From positions 307,582,001-307,646,000 of the forward strand of contig OZ024740.1 in the NCBI GenBank assembly GCA_964016885.1: a DNA stretch of 64,000 nucleotides. Reading direction: 5' to 3'. The notes under the pieces are model-generated. The model searched no databases and was not told where the DNA came from. It saw only the letters and a list, made by a program, of their open reading frames with translations. Below, one piece after another: positions 57,849 to 64,000 of the stretch. Made by a program: the position numbers and the translations under genes. How positions within the stretch are numbered: position 1 is the stretch's first letter; every line of letters starts with the position of its first letter. Source of the stretch: Eledone cirrhosa. Its lineage: Eukaryota.

Positions 57849-58606
57849 CAGGAAAGAAGGTTGACATGGTTTGCTATACAAAAAAGGTTTTTAATCTCAT
57901 AGCTGACAATTGTTTCTCTGAACTGGTAGGTCTAGAGATCGCTATACGCTTATTTTCGCGTTACTCGATCGCCAATACAAAATTATAACCAGTCAGATCT
58001 TCGGAGCATGCGAGAATGAAGAAAATACACAGGCAAGAAAAGAATATACAGGCTACTATATGAAGTAGTAATGGCATTCAATTAGAACAATAACAACAAT
58101 TACAACAATGCTATTAATAAATTATTTGAGGAGACCCTGACATCCCTTAGGTGGGGGGTATAATGTATCTAACGTTACGGCGTGTAAAACTAGCTGTCAT
58201 GAGGCGGAAGTAAGAGTTTGGCATGTACAGAGTATCGAAGTGTATATCAATTTTAAATTATAAAGATAAGCCATGCTCCGAAGATCTGACTGGTTATAAT
58301 TTTGTATTGGCGATCGAGTAACGCGAAAATAAGCGTATAGCGATCTCTAGACCTACCAGTTCAGAGAAACAATTGTCAGCTATGAGATTAAAAACCTTTT
58401 TTGTATAGCAAACCATGTCAACCTTCTTTCCTGATTTATTATTACTCCAAGTGTTTACAACATAGGAATTACGGCATACCCGCAGCATCACTATGAAAAC
58501 GCCTTGTTGAGTCAAACCAAGCCAAGCGTTAATATCATCCACTACCTGGAATACCATAACTGGACTTTACCTAAGTGGACTGCATTTAACTATTATTTGT
58601 TACCCC

Positions 58607-58609
<3 letters not shown>
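57843..58609 (+). mobile_element. Family B element with 168-bp inverted 5' arm and two variant HHRs
   Basis: 57843-58010 is inverted against 58272-58439; gct CCGAAGA tctga ctgg..ccag t tcaga GAAA caatt GTC agc. Confidence 0.85.
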
Positions 58610-58650
<41 letters not shown>

Positions 58651-58887
58651 TCCTTTCTCCAGTGCCCCGTTACAGAACCCCAGGATGATATCATCAAAAT
58701 CACACCTCTTCATCACCTCTGATGCCACTCCATCTTCTCCATGAGCCTTGCCCTCCTTGATCCTCTTCTTGGCTCTCTGAAGCTCCTCTCTGGTGAAGGG
58801 CTCTGTCTCAACATCCAGTTCCTCAAACAGCCGCCTGATCTCCCCAGTGCTCTGGGCTGTGGAGGGTGGCTCTCCTAGTAGGGTCCT

Positions 58888-60198
58888 AAAAGGAGTTGCC
58901 CCGAATCACTGGAGGATCAGTAACATCGTCCCAGTGCCAAAAAAGGGAGATCTCTCTAACACCAACAACTACAGGGGGATCTCACTGACGTCACTTGTGG
59001 AAAAGACCCTCAACAGGATGATTCTTAACAGGATCCAGCCTGAGATGGAGAAGAAGCTCAGGGATAACCAGAACGGCTTCAGAGAGGGTAGATCAACCAC
59101 CAGTCACATCCTGGTGCTGAGGAGGATATTAGAGGGAGCTAGAGCAAAGTGCCTTCCTGCGGTCATGGTTTTCATTGACTTTAGGAAGGCCTTTGATTCT
59201 GTGGACCGTTACTGCCTGATGAAGATCTTACAGGCTTATGGAATCCCCAAGAAGATAGTGGACCTGATATCACTGCTCTACACCAACACCAAAGCCCAAG
59301 TCATTACACCTGATGGGATGACAGAGTTCTTTGAGATACTGGCTGGAGTGCTCCAGGGAGATACATTGGCTCCCTACCTTTTTATCATCGTAGTGGACTA
59401 TTGTATGCGCCTTGCACTGGAGAAACACCAGGACTCTGGCTTTACTGTAGCACCGGCTCAGAGCAGGAGAGTTAGGGCGAAAAAGGTATCGGATGCTGAA
59501 TTTGCCGACGACATAGTTTTGGTGACAAATACAGTGAAGGAGGCAGAGGATTTGATGCGGGAGGTTGAGACTGTGTCGATGAGTGTGGGGCTGAGAATGA
59601 ATGAGACTAAAACAAAATATCTGGTAGAGAATGTTGAGAAGCCAGAGGGGATCACTAATGTAGGCGGGAAGCCGCTAGAATTGGTTGAGGGCTTCCTGTA
59701 TTTGGGAGCAAAGATTGGGAATACGGAAGATGATGTGGTTGAGAGGAAGAGCAAGGCCTGGGCGGCGTGCCACAGCTTGAGATCGGTGTGGAAGTCGGAC
59801 CTTCGTAGAGACCTGAAAATCCGCCTCTTCATTGCTGTAGTGGAGTCTGTGCTGCTGTATGGGTCTGAGACTTGGACACTGACCAAGAAACTCACTCAGA
59901 TGGTGGATGGGTGCTACACGAGAATGCTGACGATGGCTCTGAACATTAATCAGTATACACTGAGGATGAAAAACTCAGAGCTGTATGGGAGCATCCCAAA
60001 AGTCAGCTCAAAAGTGACACAGAGGAGACTGAGGTTAGCTGGACATGCTCACCGACATCCAGAGTTGACATTGCACTCAGTGCTCCTTTGGGAGCCCCTA
60101 CATGGACACACTAGAAGAGGAAGACCAAGGTTAACGTATGTTGATGCCCTAAGGACAGACACTGGTCTGTTGGAGACGCAGGACATGGCAGCGATAAT
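58888..60198 (+). pseudogene. RTE-clade reverse transcriptase, open frame but no APE or true start
   Basis: IVPVPKKGD..NYRGISL; QNGFREGRST; FIDFRKAFDSV; GVLQGDTLAPYLF; FADDI; FLYLG; LLYGSETWTL. Confidence 0.92.
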
Positions 60199-60384
60199 TG
60201 TTTCTACTTTAGGCACAAGGCCAGCAATTACCCAGTGCATTACTGGTACTTTATTTTATCGACCCCGTAAGGATGAAAGGCAAAGTCAACCTCGGCGGGA
60301 TTTGAACTCAGATCGTAAAGGGACGTAACTATGCTGGAAAGCATGGCGTCCGACCCTCTACCGATACTGCCAATCCACCGCCCT
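60199..60384 (-). mobile_element. tRNA-derived SINE inserted into the RTE ORF
   Basis: Perfect 13-bp TSD tggcagcgataat (60186-60198, 60385-60397). Confidence 0.92.
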
Positions 60385-60467
60385 TGGCAGCGATAATGAG
60401 GGACAGAGACCGCTGGAGAGAACTCGTCCATGGATCTTGGGAATTTTACCCGCCTTAAAAAAAAAAA

Positions 60468-60971
<504 letters not shown>

Positions 60972-61147
60972 TCATAAATATATATATATATACACATATA
61001 TATATATATTTATATCTGTAAAAGTTCTATTTAAATTGTTGGGATACAACAAGAAAATATTTTTATAATTGATATAAAGCACTCAACAAATATTTGGAGT
61101 AAAAATACGATATTAACAAATGGAAACTATATTTATAAAACCATATT

Positions 61148-61212
61148 TATTTCATTATACATATTTCAAGGACACCAAGTTAAATTATGGTGTGCTTTCA
61201 TCAGATAAAATA
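61148..61212 (-). ncRNA. Hammerhead ribozyme (family D, second copy)
   Basis: tattttat CTGATGA aag c acacca..tggtgt c ctt GAAA tatgta TA atgaaata. Confidence 0.8.
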
Positions 61213-61244
61213 TAATATAGATCAGTAAAATATAATATAGATCA

Positions 61245-63200
61245 GTTTTCAAAGGCCAGGATTACTTAAGAAATATTTAAAATACTATTGAAAACTTGGA
61301 GAAAACGGAGAAAATTCTAGTGAAGTCTGACAAAACCAATAATCTTTACGGAATACAAAAGGACATTTATAACGATCTTATATTAAAGGAATTAAGAAAG
61401 AAATACAAAGTAGCAAATAAAAACGACCTTGAAAAATTGAATACAGATGCCTCTTATATAATGCATGAACTAGGCATTGAAAATAGAACACAACCCTTCA
61501 TGCCAAGGAAACCTAAGATTAATATGAAGGATCATAAAAGGAACTTCGAAACTGATTTACCAGTCAGATTAATTGCACCATCTAAATCGGACCTTGGCAG
61601 ACTTAGCAAAAATATTCTGGACAGAATAATACCACAAATTAAGAATGTATCTTTTTTTTAAATTATGGAAAGGAACTAGTGAAGTTATCGATTGGTTTAA
61701 AGAAATTAAATATAACTATAATAATAAGTTTATTCAGTTGTATATTGCTAACTATTATTCATCTATCACTCCTAATCTACTGAATAAGGCACTAACTTAC
61801 GCATTTAAACATACAGACATAACTAGCAATTAAATGCACATTATATTATCGGCACGGAAAACATTAATAGAATTTAATAACCAACTCTGGACTAGAAATA
61901 ATAATTTCGATATAACTATGGGATCATCCGATTCCGCTCAGGTAACGGATCTTGTGGGCCTATTTATAATTAATTCTCTACATAGAAAAATACCTGAGAT
62001 AACCGGAGGTTTATATCGTGACGACATGCTTTTACTTATAGAAAATAATAACTGCGAACTAAATAGAAAAAGAAAACAAATTATACAATTTTTTAATTAC
62101 CTTAATCTAAAAGTAGAAATAGAGAATAACCCTAAAATAGTCAATTTTCTAGATGTAACACTAAATCTTAACACATGTCTTCATTATCCATTTCACAAAC
62201 TAAATGAGAACTTACATTACGTCAATTTTAACTCTAATCACCCCCAGATCCGTTAAAAATACTATAGTGAACTCTGTACAAGAACGAATTTCGAGAATTT
62301 CAGCTAATAAGAATATATTTGATGAAAAAGCACATTATTACAACGAAGCGTTAGGTAGAGCTGGGTATAGAAATAAAATTAAATGCATCGATAATAATAA
62401 TAATATAACAACTAACCATAATCGTAACAATTTAAACTATGGTAACAATTTTAACAACTATAATAGAAAACCTTACATTAATTCCGAAAGCCAAAAAAGA
62501 AATAGAACTAGGAACATATTATGGTTCGCTCCTCCTTTCTCATTAAATATTAAAACCCCTATTGCTAAACTATTTTTTAAAGCTCTTGACAAATGCTTCC
62601 CTAGAACACATAGATATTACTCAATTTTTAATAGACATACTATAAAATTAACTTATTCTTCCACCAACAATTGAGCGCAAAATATTAATAGAATTACTAA
62701 TAAAAATTTAAAACCTAACCAAAATACCAACAATAACCCAAGCAATATTCAATCTGATAAATGTAACTGTAGAAATAAATCTAACTGTCCGTTAAATAAC
62801 AATTGCTTAGCTAAAAAATGTAGTATATAATTGTAATGTAAAAACTAATTTAAATTCATTTAATTATGTGGGATCTACTTCCACAGAGTTTAAATCCCGC
62901 TTCAATAATCATAAAAATTCTTTTACAGATCCAAACAGAACATCTTCAACTTCTCTATCTAGCCTATTATAGGACCTAAAACTAAAGAACGTTGAATATT
63001 CGTTGATTTGGAATATTATTTCAAAAGCTACTCCTTTTAACTCCTCTTCAGAAAATTGCGATGTTTGTATAGAGGAAATATTCTTTATATTAAAGACCAA
63101 AAATTCCCTGAACTTAAGGAATAATTTATTCAGTTGCTGCAGACATAGATTAAACTCAACGTTTAAATATAAATATAAATATAAATATAAATATAAATTT
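61245..63200 (+). pseudogene. Penelope-like element RT plus GIY-YIG (YRDD-type), several frameshifts and stops
   Basis: DKTNNLY; KDHK..RLIAPSKSDLG; FDITMGSSDSAQVTDLVG; GLYRDD; NFLDVTL; SNHP; WFAPPFS; CNCRNKSNCPL..VVY..YVGST..FKSRFNNHKNSF; CDVCIEE. Confidence 0.9.
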
Positions 63201-64000
63201 TATTAATTTTATTATTAATATATTGAACCTGTCGATAAATCATTAGATTCCTTCATCTTTTTTGACTGATTATACACTCAAGTAAAAATAACTTTTCTTC
63301 CTAAATATAAATAAATATAAATATAATAAACTATTCTAGAGAAATATATTGAGAGCTCTTGAAAGGAGAAAATATTTCTTATTTCTTATTTTTTTATTGT
63401 TTTTTTATTGTTCTGATAGCTTCTCCTATTTTCGAAAGTTTATCCTTTCAAAATTTTGAGTTAAGTATACGTAAAATAAATTTCTATACTAAATCTATTA
63501 AACATACTATTATTTTGAAATTATAACTTAAAATATTCTATAATATTTTAAAATTGTATTGCTTTTAAAGTTATATTGCTTATAATTATATTTCCAAATT
63601 GTAATATAATTCTTTTGTATTTTATGTACTCAATTATACTATGTACTGTATTTATATATACTTCTCTCTATATGTGAGTATATATGTATATGTGTGTATT
63701 GACATACATGTACATATGTTTTATGCGTTTTTATGAATGTATGTCTGTCTGTATGTATATGTATACGTGATGCGTATCTACCTATTGGCTGAGGGTACAC
63801 GCGCATGTATGTATATATATATATATGTGAGAATTGTGTATGTACATGTGCGTGTATATCCATACAATTTGATTGCACTTATGTATAGTGATTATCCCAA
63901 GATTCGTGACAGATAGACATATAATAACAGCCATAAATACATAACAGGTAATCTTATAAAACTTAAATAAAAAAAATTTTGTTTAATAACATAAAGTGTG

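Larger units (their letters stand above)
58649..60456 (+). mobile_element. 5'-truncated, 5'-inverted RTE LINE
   Basis: Forward RT 58888-60456; 58649-58888 encodes the preceding residues on the minus strand. Confidence 0.9.

Overview
AT-rich animal non-coding DNA, almost entirely made of repeats. The tRNA-headed SINE family, the RTE/Tx1/Penelope fragments and the dense (TA)n/(CA)n/(GA)n tracts resemble an octopus or other cephalopod genome (inference). I cannot support any host protein-coding gene; most listed ORFs are microsatellite read-through. Recognisable content: three decayed Penelope-like retroelements (PLE, RT and/or GIY-YIG), RTE, Tx1/L1 and R4/Dong LINE fragments, about ten copies of one SINE, two hAT MITEs with 8-bp TSDs, a Tc2 MITE, a non-autonomous Helitron and a 5.4-kb (ACC)n-derived tract. 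The most striking hidden feature is about 25 hammerhead-ribozyme (HHR) motifs, folded by eye, from about 13 unrelated small element families. Most sit next to (TA)n and many lie in fold-back (inverted-arm) insertions. They include a recurrent core variant CCGAnGA (U4C), one version of which carries a ~80-nt stem II. All folds and family assignments are manual and need computational and biochemical confirmation.
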